Positions 30,582-32,000 of a stretch of DNA of 32,000 nt are shown here, one piece after another. Both the position numbers and the translations under genes were made by a program. The stretch covers positions 1,050,001 to 1,082,000 of the forward strand of contig NC_006576.1 of NCBI RefSeq assembly GCF_000010065.1, written 5' to 3'. The stretch is from Synechococcus elongatus PCC 6301. Its GTDB lineage: Bacteria > Cyanobacteriota > Cyanobacteriia > Synechococcales > Synechococcaceae. The number at the start of each line of letters is the position of its first letter. The stretch's first letter is position 1. The notes below the pieces were generated by a model. That model was not told the DNA's origin and did not search any database. It worked only from the letters and a program-made list of their open reading frames with translations.

Positions 30582-31196
30582 TCAGTGCAGAAAGGTGGCG
30601 ATCGCCCAGAGCAACAGCAGGGCAAAGGCTGTGGCAATCTGCTCGGGGCTGAGCGGGCCAAGAACAGGAATGAGTCCCGCGATCGCGGTACCGGCGAGCA
30701 GCCCCACTAGCAACGCCGCAAAAGAGAAGAGAGCAGCCCGCCCAAAGTGGTTCTCTTTACGCATCACCAGCCAAATTGCACTGCCAATCCCGGCCACCAG
30801 CAGCAGTTGCAGAATAGTGGGTTGTAGGCGCGGGAAGAGCGACACCACCAGCAGCCCGCCAAAGAGCAGCGAGCTGATCAACAACTCCTGCGGCTGAGGT
30901 TTATCAAAAAAGCGACCCGCCCAGGCTGGTGCCGAGGGTGTCGGGAACGTCGGTGTTTTCTTGGACTCTACGATCGGCTTTTCGGCAAAGCGAATCCGCT
31001 CCGGCACCTTGATCTTGCCTTCTTGGCGTAGCCGCAAGCGCTCCATCAGAATGGCGTCGTAGGCGGTCTCGATGGCAGTCCGCTGCGGTGAATCGGGTTC
31101 TAGTTCTGCCAGCCGGCGATCGCGGGTTGCTTGAATTTCATCAAAAGAGGCGGATTCTGCAACACCCAGCCGTTCGTAAGGAGTTTGGTCTGCCAT
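30582..31196 (-). CDS. CPP1-like (DUF3353) membrane protein with J-domain-like N-terminus
   Basis: MADQTPYERLGVAESASFDEIQATRDRRLAEL, then three or four hydrophobic C-terminal helices. Confidence 0.85.
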   Translation of the reverse strand: MADQTPYERLGVAESASFDEIQATRDRRLAELEPDSPQRTAIETAYDAILMERLRLRQEGKIKVPERIRFAEKPIVESKKTPTFPTPSAPAWAGRFFDKPQPQELLISSLLFGGLLVVSLFPRLQPTILQLLLVAGIGSAIWLVMRKENHFGRAALFSFAALLVGLLAGTAIAGLIPVLGPLSPEQIATAFALLLLWAIATFLH

Positions 31197-31659
31197 CGCA
31201 CTTGGGCTCTACAGAGTGGGTTGAAATTCTCTGCTCTATGGTATTGCGTCCAGCCCAATGCTCGAGTTGTTGTCTAGCAGAAGGGCGTGGGCCAGAGGGT
31301 CGCTGGCTCGCGATCGCGGCAGACGGACTGGGCCGCCAGACTCGATCGCAGCAGAGTTTGCTGCAAGGGCGACTGCTGCAGTTTGGGGTACCACGGTCCA
31401 ATCACCACTGCAGTCAGGGCCGCTAGCGCAGCGGTCTGAGCCGCAATCGGTAATTCTGTCAGCATTGCACCTTTACTCCCCACACCTGGCCTAGGCTTCA
31501 CGCTACTGGGATAGCCATGAAGCTGGCATCAAGCGACTGTAAAGCTTGCATAAAGCAGACTATGCCAATCGATCGCGATCGCGAAGGGAATGTTAAGGCT
31601 CAGTGAAAGCCAGAGCAGCTCTCTAGACTAAGGGCAGATCAAAAGGTCTGCGCAAGCCA

Positions 31660-32000
31660 ATGGAGACAGCCAAAATTTTGGTCGTGGATGATGACAGCGC
31701 GGTCCGAACTTTGTTAGTGCGCTTTCTATCGCGCCAAGGCTATCAGGTAGAAGCCGCAATCGATGGCAGCAGTGCCTTGGCTCAGTTCGAGCGCTTTAGC
31801 CCAGATTTGTTGATTCTGGACGTTAACCTGCCGGATACCAACGGCTATCAACTCTGCGAGATTGTTCAGAAACGCACAGGCGTCTACGTCATTTTGCTGA
31901 CCAGTCGCGATGATGAGGCCGATATTCTGACCGGCTTTGCTAAAGGCGCGGACGACTACATCACCAAGCCGTTTTCGCTGATGAGTGTGGGGGCGCGGAT
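31660..32000 (+). CDS. Response regulator receiver-domain protein (truncated at the window edge)
   Basis: My translation is METAKILVVDDDSAVRTLLVRFLSRQGYQVEAAIDGSSALAQFERFSPDLLILDVNLPDTNGYQLCEIV..YVILLTSRDDEADILTGFAKGADDYITKPFSLMSVGAR. It has the DDD, phospho-Asp and K-P-F signatures. Confidence 0.95.
   Translation, partial: METAKILVVDDDSAVRTLLVRFLSRQGYQVEAAIDGSSALAQFERFSPDLLILDVNLPDTNGYQLCEIVQKRTGVYVILLTSRDDEADILTGFAKGADDYITKPFSLMSVGAR

Overview
This 32 kb window looks like cyanobacterial core genome. The gene content, GCGATCGC (HIP1) palindromes and rRNA/tRNA layout fit the Synechococcus elongatus group, but that assignment is inference because no search was run. The left end holds an rRNA operon on the minus strand: 16S, tRNA-Ile, tRNA-Ala and the 5' end of 23S. 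Housekeeping and photosynthesis-related genes follow: metallophosphoesterase, Deg/HtrA protease, rpiA, chlI, alpha/beta hydrolase, PBP2, sqdX/sqdB, a 56-aa Psb34/ssl1498-like gene missed by the ORF track, thiG, tRNA-Gly, VOC protein, GPH/MFS transporter, the C-terminal half of split dnaE, a group-2-like sigma factor, an amidohydrolase/FAD-oxidase pair, HAD and FHA genes, a DevA-like ATPase, uvrB, DUF3531, a TPR protein, an ABC ATPase, hslO, a CPP1-like protein, and a truncated response regulator. The most notable system is the trans-splicing DnaE split intein: a GTG-started 36-aa IntC joined to a C-terminal DnaE extein beginning CFNKSHSTAYGY. It is a known biological system, not a new one. The best candidate for something undescribed is an intergenic transcription unit at about 13718-13880 (+). 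It has a TTGACA-17 nt-TACAAA promoter, a hairpin, a pyrimidine-rich segment and a strong intrinsic terminator. I see no CRISPR array, prophage, transposon or defence island.
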